Shown here piece by piece: positions 18,102-28,649 of a stretch of 64,000 bases of DNA. Each line of letters begins with the position of its first letter. Position 1 is the stretch's first letter. Made by a program: the position numbers and the translations under genes. The stretch is from an uncultured Candidatus Saccharibacteria bacterium. Its GTDB lineage: Bacteria > Patescibacteriota > Doudnabacteria > UBA920. The stretch covers positions 549,357 through 613,356 of the forward strand of contig CAYQEU010000001.1 of the NCBI GenBank assembly GCA_964416765.1. Reading direction: 5' to 3'. Under the pieces are notes generated by a model. The model searched no databases. It saw only the letters and a program-made list of their open reading frames with translations, and was not told the origin of the DNA.

Positions 18102-20159
18102 ATGAGCACCTTAGACCAGCCCATCACTTCCCTGCCGGGAGTCGGTCCGGCGGCCGCTAAAAATTTCAGCCGCCTGGGAATAAACAACGTGCATGACCTG
18201 CTTTGGCATCTGCCTCTGCGTTTTTTGGATTTTCGCCATACCATACCCGTGTCCGAAGTTAAGCAGGGTCAAAGCGTGACCCTGCAGGGCACAATTAAAA
18301 CCATAACTTCGTCTTTTGCTTTCCGGGGCAGGCTTTCGAGGGCCGAGGCAGTGCTTTCCGACAAGACCGGTTCAATTAAAATTATTTGGTTTAACCAGCC
18401 CTATATCGCAAAAACCTTAGCATCCGGTGACGAAGTGGCGGTCGCGGGCAGCGCGACATATTACAAAAACGTTTTACAACTCCATAACCCCATTTACGAG
18501 AAGTTGGGAAGAGATAATGTCCACACCGGCCGCTTGGTCCCCGTTTATGGCGGCAGCACTGTTGTGTCCAACAGGGCAATGCGCAACGCGATGGCGGCAG
18601 CTTTGCCCGCGGCAGACCAGGAAGAGGAGACCCTCCCGGAATCAATCCTAAATAAATTCAAGCTGCCCTCGATTGGGACGGCACTCAAAACATTACATTT
18701 TCCAGAACAGGAAACCGACCTGGACCAAGCCCGTAACCGAATCGCTTTTGAAGAGCTCCTTGTCCACCAGCTGGCCGTGCGCCTGAGGGAAAAGCGCAAG
18801 CAAACTGATCAGGCTCCTATATTACCCATCCAAACCGACCAGATTTCTGAAGCCCTGCACGACCTTCCTTTCACCCTAACTCCCGGCCAAAAACGCGCCT
18901 TGTGGGACATTATGCAGGACATGGCCAGCGGCACGCCTATGGTTCGCCTGCTCCAAGGTGACGTGGGCAGCGGTAAAACCTTGGTAGCGGCCTTTGCCGG
19001 ACTGGAAGCAGCCATTGCGGGATGGCAGACTGCTTTTGTAGCTCCCACGGAAATACTAGCGGTTCAACATTATAAGTACCTGCAAAAGTACCTCCCATAT
19101 GTTTCAGTGGGCCTGCTCACACGAAATTTTGCCGAAGCTAATTCCAACAAGTTCACCAAAAAAGAACTGCTGGGCTTAATTACCTCTAACAAAATCCAGA
19201 TCTTGGTTGGCACTCACGCTGTCCTCCAAAAAGAAGTTGATTTCAATAAATTAGGTTTGGCCGTCATAGATGAGCAGCACCGTTTTGGAGTGGAACAACG
19301 TTCCTTTATGCTAAGCCGCGAAAATTTTGCCAATCTCACACCTCATTTGTTGTCGATGTCGGCGACACCCATCCCGCGCACCCTGGCACTGTCGTTTTAC
19401 GGCAGTTTAAAGATTTCCACCCTCAACACCATACCCCAGGGAATAAAACAGATTTCGACTAAAGTTGTCGCGGACGCTGGCCGCGAAAAAGTATATGAAG
19501 ATATAAGAAAGCATATTACTGAAGGAGCCCAAGCTTTTGTTGTCACTCCACGCGTGGAAGAAACGGAAGCCTCGTCGTTAAAATCAGTAAAGACGGAATT
19601 TGAGCGCCTGCAAAAAGAAGTATTCCCGAAAATACCCTTGGGACTGCTTTATGGCGGTATGAAAGGCAGTGACAAGGAAAAAGCTATGTCAGAATTTGCC
19701 GAAGGAAAAACAAAAATCCTAGTATCAACATCAGTTATCGAAATCGGCATCGACGTACCGCAGGCTAATTACATAGTCATTGAAGGAGCGGAGCGGTTTG
19801 GGTTGGCTCAACTGCATCAACTGCGCGGCCGGGTGGGCCGGGCCGGCCAGAAGAGTTACTGTGTGTTATTTACTAATTCCGAAGATGGAAAAACATTAGA
19901 ACGCCTGAAGTTCTTTGCTAGCTGTTTGGACGGTTTCCAGTTGGCCGAAAAGGATTTGCAGCAGCGAGGATTCGGCAACTTGTTCGGCACTGAACAAAGC
20001 GGTTTTGCTTTTGAATTCTCCCGTTTCTTTACTTCCAAAACCGCGGCCGACGCCCAGGCGGGTGCTTTAGCACTACTTAAAAAAAGCCCTACATTGAAGG
20101 CTTTTCCTCAGTTGCTAAAAAAAGTTCGGCCCCTGCTCGAAAACAGCCACGCAGAGTAA
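18102..20159 (+). CDS. recG: ATP-dependent DNA helicase RecG
   Basis: LLQGDVGSGKT, DEQHRFG, MSATPIPR and QLHQLRGRVGR motifs; start set at 18102 because the longer ORF overlaps tRNA-Arg. Confidence 0.96.
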   Translation: MSTLDQPITSLPGVGPAAAKNFSRLGINNVHDLLWHLPLRFLDFRHTIPVSEVKQGQSVTLQGTIKTITSSFAFRGRLSRAEAVLSDKTGSIKIIWFNQPYIAKTLASGDEVAVAGSATYYKNVLQLHNPIYEKLGRDNVHTGRLVPVYGGSTVVSNRAMRNAMAAALPAADQEEETLPESILNKFKLPSIGTALKTLHFPEQETDLDQARNRIAFEELLVHQLAVRLREKRKQTDQAPILPIQTDQISEALHDLPFTLTPGQKRALWDIMQDMASGTPMVRLLQGDVGSGKTLVAAFAGLEAAIAGWQTAFVAPTEILAVQHYKYLQKYLPYVSVGLLTRNFAEANSNKFTKKELLGLITSNKIQILVGTHAVLQKEVDFNKLGLAVIDEQHRFGVEQRSFMLSRENFANLTPHLLSMSATPIPRTLALSFYGSLKISTLNTIPQGIKQISTKVVADAGREKVYEDIRKHITEGAQAFVVTPRVEETEASSLKSVKTEFERLQKEVFPKIPLGLLYGGMKGSDKEKAMSEFAEGKTKILVSTSVIEIGIDVPQANYIVIEGAERFGLAQLHQLRGRVGRAGQKSYCVLFTNSEDGKTLERLKFFASCLDGFQLAEKDLQQRGFGNLFGTEQSGFAFEFSRFFTSKTAADAQAGALALLKKSPTLKAFPQLLKKVRPLLENSHAE

Positions 20160-21509
20160 CTACTCTAGAAAACGAACCAATTCCTGGACGCGGCTGGCAA
20201 AAGTCGCGTTCCCTTTTATCTTTCCTTTATTGCCGCCAATTATCACATTTTTGAAAGCCAACTTTTCGGCTTCCTTTAGCCGTTTGTCGGCCTGTGCCAC
20301 CCCACGCAATTCTCCCAGCAGGCCAATTTCCCCAAACGCAACCAAATCTTCTGGCAAAGCGCGATTTTTAAATGAAGACAATATCGCCAAAGCAACGGGC
20401 AAATCAGCCGCGCGTTCCTGGATCTTAAAACCACCCGCGACGTTAATGTACACGTCATGGGTGTTTAGTTCCAAACGCAAACTTTTTTGTAAAATGGCAA
20501 GCAGGAGCTGGAGCCTGTTGACGTCAAATCCGGACGTTGCCCTCTTGGGGTAGCCAAATGACGACGGGTTGGTTAAGGCCTGGACTTCCAGAAACAACGT
20601 TTTGTTGCCCTCAAGCACCGCTGCAATACAGCTGCCTGGCAATGCTGACCCGCGGTTCTCCAAAAACATCAACGACGGGTTTGCTACTTCCTGCAGGCCT
20701 TCATTGGTCATTTCAAATACGCCCACTTCCCCAACACTGCCAAAACGGTTTTTACTGCTGCGCAGCAAACGCAAACTCAAAAAACGGTCGCCTTCCAAAT
20801 ATAAAACCGTGTCGACCATATGCTCGATGGTTTTCGGTCCGGCCAACATGCCCTCTTTGGTCACGTGACCAATAAGCAAAACGGCGATGTGGTTTTCCTT
20901 GGCGACCCGCATGAGGGCATTGGTGCAGTAACTTAATTGGCTCACTCCCCCAACCACGCCGCCAATTTCGGAAGAATTCAGTGTCTGGATGGAATCAATT
21001 ATGGCGAGGTCAGGGTGGTCGGCCACCATGGTATCTAAAATTGTTTCCAGATTGGTTTCCCCCAAAATCTGGATATCAGCACCGTCGGGCAAACGGCGAC
21101 TGCGCATCTTAATCTGCTGTGGGGATTCCTCACCGGAGATATACAATACTTTGGAATTCTCTCCCGCCATGTTAAGGGCGACTTGTAAGGCCAAGGTCGA
21201 TTTCCCAATTCCCGGGTCGCCGCCCAGCAATAAAAGGCTGCCCGGGACGATTCCGCCGCCCAGCACTGTGTCTAGCTCCGAAACCCCGGAAGATATACGG
21301 TCGAACTTAAGCTCTCCGACCTCACTTAAAGCCAGAATTTGGCCCAAGGCAGCTCCCGAACGGCCGGGCTTGGCCTTGGCACCGGATACGCGTTTTTCCT
21401 CGAAGGTATTCCATTCACCGCATTCCGGGCATTTGCCTTGCCAACGCTGGCTTTGGTACGCGCAATTGGAGCAAATATAGATTGTCTTGTCTTTAGTGGC
21501 CATGGTCAT
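20160..21509 (-). CDS. radA: DNA repair protein RadA/Sms
   Basis: C4 zinc finger, GDPGIGKST, KNRFG and a Lon-like C-terminal domain. Confidence 0.97.
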   Translation of the reverse strand: MTMATKDKTIYICSNCAYQSQRWQGKCPECGEWNTFEEKRVSGAKAKPGRSGAALGQILALSEVGELKFDRISSGVSELDTVLGGGIVPGSLLLLGGDPGIGKSTLALQVALNMAGENSKVLYISGEESPQQIKMRSRRLPDGADIQILGETNLETILDTMVADHPDLAIIDSIQTLNSSEIGGVVGGVSQLSYCTNALMRVAKENHIAVLLIGHVTKEGMLAGPKTIEHMVDTVLYLEGDRFLSLRLLRSSKNRFGSVGEVGVFEMTNEGLQEVANPSLMFLENRGSALPGSCIAAVLEGNKTLFLEVQALTNPSSFGYPKRATSGFDVNRLQLLLAILQKSLRLELNTHDVYINVAGGFKIQERAADLPVALAILSSFKNRALPEDLVAFGEIGLLGELRGVAQADKRLKEAEKLAFKNVIIGGNKGKIKGNATFASRVQELVRFLE

Positions 21510-21519
21510 TAAATAATAA

Positions 21520-21552
21520 CACTCCCTCTACGCTTTGGTAAGAGGGAGTGTA
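21520..21552. terminator. Hairpin at the 3' end of the T4SS-like cluster
   Basis: ACACTCCCTCT...AGAGGGAGTGT 11-bp inverted repeat. Confidence 0.55.
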
Positions 21553-21565
21553 TTAGGAAGTTGAG

Positions 21566-22735
21566 CTAGGATGCCGGGTTGGCGGTTTTCAAGTTCAGGT
21601 AGTAGAGGCTTTGGTCTTGAAAGTTCTTAAAGAATACATTGCTACCGGTCTGGTCAGGGAAGATATTCCGCGCGTCCACGGGAATCCCAAAATCATACTT
21701 TTTCTGCGTACCGGAGGTGCTAATAACATACAAAATATCCTGGGTTAAGCTGCCGGATCCTGCCGTACCGGTATTTGGGACCGCGGCGTAAATGGTCTGG
21801 CCGTCTTTTGAGAACGAAGCTTTTTCCACGGTGGTTTGGACATTGAGGTTCTTTTCATCCCCTGTGGAAAGGTCACCCAGCCACAAACCATACTTCTGGG
21901 TTTGAGGATCCCTCTTACCAAACAGGAACTTGTTATTATCAGGGCTCCACTTTACGCCAAGGTTGTACCCGTCTTTGATAATGGACTTGAATACTTTACC
22001 ATCTGGAGAAACAAAATTAATTGCGTTGATCGCCCCGGAATTATTAAATCGATAGAACAAAACACTTTTACCATCCGGGGAAACCTTAATTTGGTTATCG
22101 CCTTCGTACAGGTCGCTTAACTGCTTATAGCCGCTGGTGTCAGGGTTGCCCGAATTCAGGAAAGCCTTCCCGTCATTGTTGTTTTGCCACACAAACAAAA
22201 TTTGACCCGTTGTCCCAAACCAGTCGAGAGACTGAACTTCGGCGGGGAGGTCAACATACGCACCCTTACTGCCATCGTAGTAACTCCAGGTAGTACGGCT
22301 GCCACTATTAAATGCTGCAATAAAATTCTGTCCCGTGGGTGCCCAATACACTTCGCTGATGTTAGACTTCTGCGGAATGGTTAGCTCCCTCTTGTTGCTT
22401 AGAACTACTTTATCTCCGGAATTTTGAAGATCTGTCGTATATAGCTGTCCTTGAGCGTTGAAGTAAGAAATGCCTTGGCCATTAAAGTAGAGGGCTGGCG
22501 CCACTACGCTGTCATCAGTCAGTTTCTGGGCCTTGTTGCTGGAGGAGGAAGTATCGTCTGTGTTGGTATTGTCATTTTGACCAGTATTATCTGGGATTAC
22601 TATAGTATTGTTCTGGTTCTGATTTGCGTTGCTATTTGTATTGGATTTCCGCGAACGCAGGAAAATCAGCAATCCTAATGCCAGTACAATAAGCAGGAAA
22701 ATCGCTCCCAAAATGGCTATGGCTTTTTTGTTCAT
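21566..22735 (-). CDS. Membrane-anchored TolB/WD40-like beta-propeller protein
   Basis: N-terminal TM, Asn/Ser linker, blade repeats WAPTG, VSPDGK, WSPDN and FSKDG. Confidence 0.75.
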   Translation of the reverse strand: MNKKAIAILGAIFLLIVLALGLLIFLRSRKSNTNSNANQNQNNTIVIPDNTGQNDNTNTDDTSSSSNKAQKLTDDSVVAPALYFNGQGISYFNAQGQLYTTDLQNSGDKVVLSNKRELTIPQKSNISEVYWAPTGQNFIAAFNSGSRTTWSYYDGSKGAYVDLPAEVQSLDWFGTTGQILFVWQNNNDGKAFLNSGNPDTSGYKQLSDLYEGDNQIKVSPDGKSVLFYRFNNSGAINAINFVSPDGKVFKSIIKDGYNLGVKWSPDNNKFLFGKRDPQTQKYGLWLGDLSTGDEKNLNVQTTVEKASFSKDGQTIYAAVPNTGTAGSGSLTQDILYVISTSGTQKKYDFGIPVDARNIFPDQTGSNVFFKNFQDQSLYYLNLKTANPAS

Positions 22736-22808
22736 CGTTGTGGTATTTTTGTTTCTTGAAGCTAAATAACTGCCTATATTATAACATATTTCAGCCTAGC
22801 CGGCAAAA

Positions 22809-23639
22809 TCAATTACCCTTGGCGGCTTGGTCAATTAAAGTCTTATATTCGCTATAGAGGTTAGACCCTTCGTCCTTCTTCCCGTTTATGAATATGGTAG
22901 GGGTAGCCCTCACACCTGAATCCTGGCCTAATTTAAACTGCTGGGCAACCGCCTGGGCGGTATCGGGGTTCTTTATGCAGGAATTATATTTCGCCATGTT
23001 TAGGCCCGCTTGTGTGGCCAGCTTTTTGAGCTCAGCGTCCGTAAACACCCCGCTGTTTTCCAACCCCTGGGTATGGTATAGCAGATCGTGATAAGGCCAG
23101 AATTTGTTTTGTTGACGGGCGCATTCGGCTGAGATGGCCGCTGAAGTTGATTCATCGCCGAGGAAAGGAAAGTTAAGGAAATAAAACTTTACTATGCCCT
23201 TATCTATATAATCGGACTTAATCTTGGCAAAAGCATTGTCCTGGAAATCCTTGCAGTAAGGGCATTGAAAATCAGCAAACTCAATCATTGTTACAGGAGC
23301 ATCAGCAGACCCGAGCATTGGGTAGTTTGGGGAAAGAGGAATTTCCACCACGGTATTGGGGTCGGAGTTTGAATTGGTATTGCTGTCGGCCGAGTTAAGG
23401 GTGTTTTGCTGGCCACCCGGCAAATTTACGTTAAATAGGCCAAATCCCGGCACTTTTCCAGATGAAAAGATAACGCTCAGACCAATAATTGTTGAACCAA
23501 TAAGGATGGCAAAGATTATTCCGAGATATCCTAGTACTGATTGACCCTTTTCCGGCCTGTATTCCGAATCGTAATCTTCATAGATTTCTTCGGTGTCCTC
23601 CGGGTGAATGTGGGTTGAAAGTCGTTTACGTTTTTCCAT
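22809..23639 (-). CDS. dsbA: Membrane-anchored DsbA-family thiol-disulfide oxidoreductase
   Basis: EFADFQCPYC and GVRATPTIFING (cis-Pro) motifs; one TM. Confidence 0.9.
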   Translation of the reverse strand: MEKRKRLSTHIHPEDTEEIYEDYDSEYRPEKGQSVLGYLGIIFAILIGSTIIGLSVIFSSGKVPGFGLFNVNLPGGQQNTLNSADSNTNSNSDPNTVVEIPLSPNYPMLGSADAPVTMIEFADFQCPYCKDFQDNAFAKIKSDYIDKGIVKFYFLNFPFLGDESTSAAISAECARQQNKFWPYHDLLYHTQGLENSGVFTDAELKKLATQAGLNMAKYNSCIKNPDTAQAVAQQFKLGQDSGVRATPTIFINGKKDEGSNLYSEYKTLIDQAAKGN

Positions 23640-24277
23640 TATTTTTTATTTCTTCTTATAAACATTATAACAAATACCGCCACAATAGCTACCGCCAACA
23701 TGACAAACACCAGGATCAAAATATTGAATAGCCTGATAGCCGGATCACCTGAGGCATTTGTGTTATTAGCATTCTGGTTGGTTGGGCTGTTGCCGTTGCT
23801 TACTGTCCCGCCGCAATCCATGGGACAGTTATTCTTGTTTTCCCCGGCCTGGGTTTGGCACGACTTATCGTCGTTGCAAATAGCCGTTTTGCTTACCGAC
23901 ACCACCAGCATCGGTTGGTTATCAACGTTGCTTTTATAAAAGGCCACGGACTTAGCGTCGCCAAAATACGGGGCTATAATCTCATTGTCCCCTTCCAAAA
24001 GATCAAAGTGAAAATCACCGAGAGTCTGGTTAGAGAGTGAAAACACGCGGCCATAATACAGGCCGGGACCGTCAACAAATTGCTCGGATATGAAATCATA
24101 GGGCAAAACATCCTTCACTATAGGGGTTAGGTTTCCGTTTTCAAAACGTAAATGGAACTTATACTCCATGGGCCCTAAATCATACGATGAGTCGGCGCTG
24201 GATTGGGCACGGGCCTGATTCGCCAAAAACAGAAGCGCAAGTAGGGCAGAAAATAACAATATCGTTGTCTTTTTCAT
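23639..24277 (-). CDS. Exported protein with 4-Cys knot and C-terminal TM anchor
   Basis: Signal peptide (ARA), CNDDKSC...GENKNNCPMDC, C-terminal TM followed by RRNKK. Confidence 0.7.
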   Translation of the reverse strand: MKKTTILLFSALLALLFLANQARAQSSADSSYDLGPMEYKFHLRFENGNLTPIVKDVLPYDFISEQFVDGPGLYYGRVFSLSNQTLGDFHFDLLEGDNEIIAPYFGDAKSVAFYKSNVDNQPMLVVSVSKTAICNDDKSCQTQAGENKNNCPMDCGGTVSNGNSPTNQNANNTNASGDPAIRLFNILILVFVMLAVAIVAVFVIMFIRRNKK

Positions 24278-26106
24278 TAGTTACCTCCTCCGCCATTAAA
24301 TTTAATGTAGCAAGCAAAAACGTACTGGGCGTACTTTTGGCCTTCCTCCACGTACTTATTGCACTGTTGGTGCCCGGCATCGGTCCACAGACATTCCCAC
24401 GACTTCACGGGGCTACCATCGCATCCGGTTTCTCCGGAACAGCTGGTATATTTGCCGTCAGCTACACGACAGTAGTCCGGCCCGCGGTTATAACCGGCGG
24501 CGATATTGCGAACCTCAACCCTCGGTTTACCGCAGGATCCGGCGGCAATAGACTGGAAATACTTAAGCGACATGCAAATTTGTTCGGTAGGATGGCTTTT
24601 GCGCCATTCACGGCTGGAATTGTAATCGTTGGAGCACTGCGGCCCGTATGTATTAGCCGCTCCGGTAGTAAATTGCATCAGACCAGCCGCACCTGTGTGT
24701 GATTCGGCATTAGGGTCACCCCCCGATTCTTGAGTCATGATAGCTTTCAAAAACGCTGAAGTATTGGCAACGCCGGGTATAGGTCCGTAGCGTGCCACAG
24801 CGGCGTCTACCTGGCCCGCCCAATTATTGACCGCGGCTATTTTGGACGCGTTAGTGCAATTACCCCCGAGCTTACCCTGACACAAATTTACGTTGCTAAA
24901 CAAACAACTCCCGCCAGGAGGAGTGAACGTACCCACGGTTTCATCACCGGAAACACTCCCCGCGCTTCCTCCAGCGCCACCACCGCCAAAATCCCCACCT
25001 TTTACACCGCCAGGATTGTTAAACGCCGTACAAAATGAGTCACTACTGGTAGTGGCACTGTCTATGACTCCCCCCACGGCACCGCCGAGCGGTCCGCCTA
25101 CCGCGCTTCCTACTGCGGCTGCCGGGTTACAATAGAGGTACAATCCCACAAAAATTGCCAATATCGTGGCTTCTATTACCATGAAATCCATAATAACGAT
25201 CCCAATCTTTTCCCACCACACAAGGCCCTGCATAACAGCCAGTTCTTTTACGAAAGGGATGGAACCCGCCGCCCAATACACATTTACCGCTGCAAGGGGT
25301 ATTACTAACCCTATTGTGGGAATAAGGGTGCCAAATATTAGTGCTCCCAGCAGGAATAAAACGAACACCACTATTTTGGTGACCGCCCTAATGAAATAGT
25401 GCATGGCTTCTTTAGGGTGGCCCTTGGCCAGTTCGATTGTACCGTCTATAGCGTCAGAAATACCCAAGCTTATTGCAATTACAATTAGCTGAGCAAGGAT
25501 TTCAGTAATACCAAAGGTTTCCAAGGCACCTGCTGCACCCAAAGCTTCTACACCTACCTCCAATCCACCCTCAACCACAGCGTCCGCGCCAATTTTCGCA
25601 CCTTGCTTTACAACCTGCTCAGTGCCTTCCTTAACAACATCCTTTGCACCCGTCTTAACCAAATTCTTTGCGCCTTTTTCCACTCCCTCCTTTACGCCTT
25701 CTTTTGCTTCGCCTTTAAAACGCTGGTTCAGGTACCTTTTGATTTCTTCCTTACCCTCTTTCTTGATGTAGTCTTTGGCCTGCTGCTTTAGTTCTTCACG
25801 GTCCATGGTAGGGCTAAACCCTGCTTTGTTAAGCTTACCCAACATACCACCGGTTTTGGAATCGAGCTTCGATAAAAGCTCTTTTCCTTTAGCAGTCACT
25901 TTTTTTCCGGCTTCAGTATTGGCTAAATAATCGGTCCCCTTAGAAAAAGCTTTCTTCTTTGCCTGATTCGCTATTGTGTCCCTAATACCCCCTGATTTCT
26001 TGGATGAACTTGAAGAATCAGAAACACCCTGGCCAGACGCTTGGACGTCTTCACCAGGGTTTATACTGTCAGCGCCCCGCCTGTTTCGAGTGTCATCAAA
26101 CAACAT
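24277..26106 (-). CDS. Multi-TM protein with a Cys-rich SLT lytic transglycosylase domain (VirB1-like role)
   Basis: SLT motifs AIMTQESGG, AAGLMQF and AAGYNRG; Lys/Gly-rich N-terminus; about 3 TM; 14 Cys in the C-terminal half. Confidence 0.82.
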   Translation of the reverse strand: MLFDDTRNRRGADSINPGEDVQASGQGVSDSSSSSKKSGGIRDTIANQAKKKAFSKGTDYLANTEAGKKVTAKGKELLSKLDSKTGGMLGKLNKAGFSPTMDREELKQQAKDYIKKEGKEEIKRYLNQRFKGEAKEGVKEGVEKGAKNLVKTGAKDVVKEGTEQVVKQGAKIGADAVVEGGLEVGVEALGAAGALETFGITEILAQLIVIAISLGISDAIDGTIELAKGHPKEAMHYFIRAVTKIVVFVLFLLGALIFGTLIPTIGLVIPLAAVNVYWAAGSIPFVKELAVMQGLVWWEKIGIVIMDFMVIEATILAIFVGLYLYCNPAAAVGSAVGGPLGGAVGGVIDSATTSSDSFCTAFNNPGGVKGGDFGGGGAGGSAGSVSGDETVGTFTPPGGSCLFSNVNLCQGKLGGNCTNASKIAAVNNWAGQVDAAVARYGPIPGVANTSAFLKAIMTQESGGDPNAESHTGAAGLMQFTTGAANTYGPQCSNDYNSSREWRKSHPTEQICMSLKYFQSIAAGSCGKPRVEVRNIAAGYNRGPDYCRVADGKYTSCSGETGCDGSPVKSWECLWTDAGHQQCNKYVEEGQKYAQYVFACYIKFNGGGGN

Positions 26107-26118
26107 GAGCGCGAAAGG

Positions 26119-27960
26119 TTAATTTATTTCTTCTTTGCTTTCCTTGATTTCCAGGAGTTGTTTCGGGTCAGTGGTAATAATTTGGTCTTCTACGTAAGAC
26201 CCATAAATTTTGATGGCGGCGTGCTTGAGACCGGCAAAGAAAATCCCTTCGCCCACATCACTTTCAAGCAAAAGATACTTTTCCCCCTCGGTCAGGAAGA
26301 ATGTTTCGGCAATAACATCAATAGCCGCTGGGCTTTGCTTAAGCAACAATTGGATGGAGGAGTTGGTTACAATTGGTTTCCCATAAGGACTGTTCATGAA
26401 ATCGGCAACGTCCTGCGTAATAGTAGTCAGGCCGAGGTAGTACTTGCGGCAGCGCTTGGCAATACCGAACACGAAGCGAGCGGAGTCTTCGTGCTGCATC
26501 ATAATCCAGGCTTCATCCAGCACCAGAATGCGCCTCTTCATTTCACTGCGCACCAAATTCCAGATATGGCCCAAAATGATATACATGGCAATCGGGCGGA
26601 GTTGATCCTCCAAATCACGAATTGAGAATACCAGGAGTTGGTTGCTTAAGGTAACGTTGGTCGGCTGGTTCAGCAATCCGGCAAAGGTACCTTCGGTGAA
26701 TTTAGTAAGGCGTTGGGCCAAGCTTTCGGCGCCAACCATTTCCCCAAGAACCTCGATAAGGTCATTCATTACCGGTGGTTCCACAGTGCGCAGATCGCTG
26801 TTTTCAGTTATATCCTTCTTGGCGTAGGTTTGCCATAAGGCCTTATCCATGAGAGCTTCTTCGGTAGGGTCCATCTTTCCCAAAATCAGACTAAACAAGC
26901 CGAGCAGGTTGATAATTCCACTGCGCAAAATGTCGGCAGTGTCTTCGTCTTCAATTGCAGCCGGGAGGTCGAATGGATTAATACGGAAGTCAGAGTTAAG
27001 AGATATATTAAGGTATGTCCCGCCGACAGCGTCGGACAAATGCTTGTACTCGTTTTCCGGGTCAACAATGATGACTTCAGTGCCCACCATGAGCGACCGA
27101 AGTACTTCGAGCTTAATAGCATACGACTTACCCGCACCGGATTTGGCAAACACGACGAAATTAGCGTTTTCCATTTTGAACCGGTCGAATAAAATTAAAC
27201 TGTTGTTATGCCGGTTAATCCCGTACAAAATGCCGTCATTCCCCGTAAGGTCCGAAGAAACAAACGGGAATGTAGTGGACAGCGGGGAACTGTTAAGGTT
27301 ATTGGCAATATCAAGCTCGTCCAGCCCAAGAGGCAGGGTAGAGTTAAACCCCTCTTCGGTCTGGAACAAAGCGCGTTTGGTAACCACCAGTTTCGCGCCC
27401 AAAGAGCTTTCCAAAATAGTAGAGCTCTTTTCCAGTTCATCTTTGCTGTTGGCGTATATGGTAAAGTAAAGGGCAAACCGGAAATACTTCTCCGTACCCT
27501 GGGATAGATCGTCACGCAATGATTCTACGTCCTGGTAAGCAGTTTGGAGAACCGGATCGCGAACCATCCCCTTTTCTTCATTTATGCTTATTTGCGAGCC
27601 AATTTCCCCCACTTTAGCCTTTAGCTTTTTCAAAATTACAGCCGAATCAATGGGATAAATGAACATGGACACATCCAGCTCACCTTCAGAGTTGATGACA
27701 AAAGACAGCCAGTTAGTTGAAAGCATACGCGGGTATGCCAGCACGAAAAAGGTACGGGCATACTTGTTGTTGAGTTGGAAGTCGTTGCTTTCAAAGTGCA
27801 AAGCCGAAGGAGCGAGCAAATCCTTCATTGTGGTCAGCCCTTCGCGGTAGTTCTTTTCCACCTCAGCAAGACGGGCATTCTCGTCTAAAGTACCCTTAAG
27901 CTTGGCCAGCTCCTGCTTTTTCTTTTCGAGATCAGTTTCGTTTAGTTTAAATAACGCCAT
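26119..27960 (-). CDS. virB4: VirB4-like type IV secretion ATPase
   Basis: LYGINRHNNSLILFDRF, Walker A AKSGAGKS, DPENEY, INPFD, Walker B LVLDEAW, KRCRKY, ITQD. Confidence 0.9.
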   Translation of the reverse strand: MALFKLNETDLEKKKQELAKLKGTLDENARLAEVEKNYREGLTTMKDLLAPSALHFESNDFQLNNKYARTFFVLAYPRMLSTNWLSFVINSEGELDVSMFIYPIDSAVILKKLKAKVGEIGSQISINEEKGMVRDPVLQTAYQDVESLRDDLSQGTEKYFRFALYFTIYANSKDELEKSSTILESSLGAKLVVTKRALFQTEEGFNSTLPLGLDELDIANNLNSSPLSTTFPFVSSDLTGNDGILYGINRHNNSLILFDRFKMENANFVVFAKSGAGKSYAIKLEVLRSLMVGTEVIIVDPENEYKHLSDAVGGTYLNISLNSDFRINPFDLPAAIEDEDTADILRSGIINLLGLFSLILGKMDPTEEALMDKALWQTYAKKDITENSDLRTVEPPVMNDLIEVLGEMVGAESLAQRLTKFTEGTFAGLLNQPTNVTLSNQLLVFSIRDLEDQLRPIAMYIILGHIWNLVRSEMKRRILVLDEAWIMMQHEDSARFVFGIAKRCRKYYLGLTTITQDVADFMNSPYGKPIVTNSSIQLLLKQSPAAIDVIAETFFLTEGEKYLLLESDVGEGIFFAGLKHAAIKIYGSYVEDQIITTDPKQLLEIKESKEEIN

Positions 27961-28649
27961 TATTTTGTTTCGGGGGTTAGAGTTACGTTGTCCAATTGGC
28001 TTGCGTCAATTAGAGGTGCAGACTCAAAATTATAAGAGTTGTAGATCAATTCGATGATTTGCTCAGTATTTAACTTTACGGCACGCAGCCCCATGGCATT
28101 CAAGTTGCTGACCACGCTGGTTACGCGCTCTTCCAACATGGAGCGATGGTGTTCAAAATTGGCTTCGCGTTTAGTTATGGCTTTGGCCCGGCCGCGCGCA
28201 AATAAGGAAGAAAAGAACCCGCCGCTGTCTGAACCGATACTTTCATTGTAAGGGACGACGCAGTAAAAATTCTTGTTCATGATATTCCCCGTTTCCACCA
28301 GTTGGTTGATGAACTCGATATACTCGCCAGTCTGCATGCGCAGCAACTCATTGGTCTGCTTCTCCATCATGTCCTTCAGTTTTTCGGTATAACTGCCAAT
28401 ATCCATGCGGCGGCTTTGCATGATTATCTGAATGGAAAAATCCAGCGAATTCAAAAACCGCTGGTAGGAAAATATAAGGGCGTCCTGCTCGCTTTGGCTT
28501 TTCAAGTCAAAGTTAGTGGAAGATACCGCCACCACCGCCCGCAGAGTCCCGTCATCCATAATCATGGTATCCTGCTTGATCTCTTTGGTGCGCAGGAAAT
28601 TCTGGGTGGGATTTATCGATTTATGATGTTTGTTTTGTTTTTTCTCCAT
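27960..28649 (-). CDS. TraC/VirB4 N-terminal-like accessory protein
   Basis: STNFDLKSQSEQDALI..YQRFLNSLDF.IQI and KNFYCVVPY; lies between prgI and virB4 and is coupled to both. Confidence 0.75.
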   Translation of the reverse strand: MEKKQNKHHKSINPTQNFLRTKEIKQDTMIMDDGTLRAVVAVSSTNFDLKSQSEQDALIFSYQRFLNSLDFSIQIIMQSRRMDIGSYTEKLKDMMEKQTNELLRMQTGEYIEFINQLVETGNIMNKNFYCVVPYNESIGSDSGGFFSSLFARGRAKAITKREANFEHHRSMLEERVTSVVSNLNAMGLRAVKLNTEQIIELIYNSYNFESAPLIDASQLDNVTLTPETK

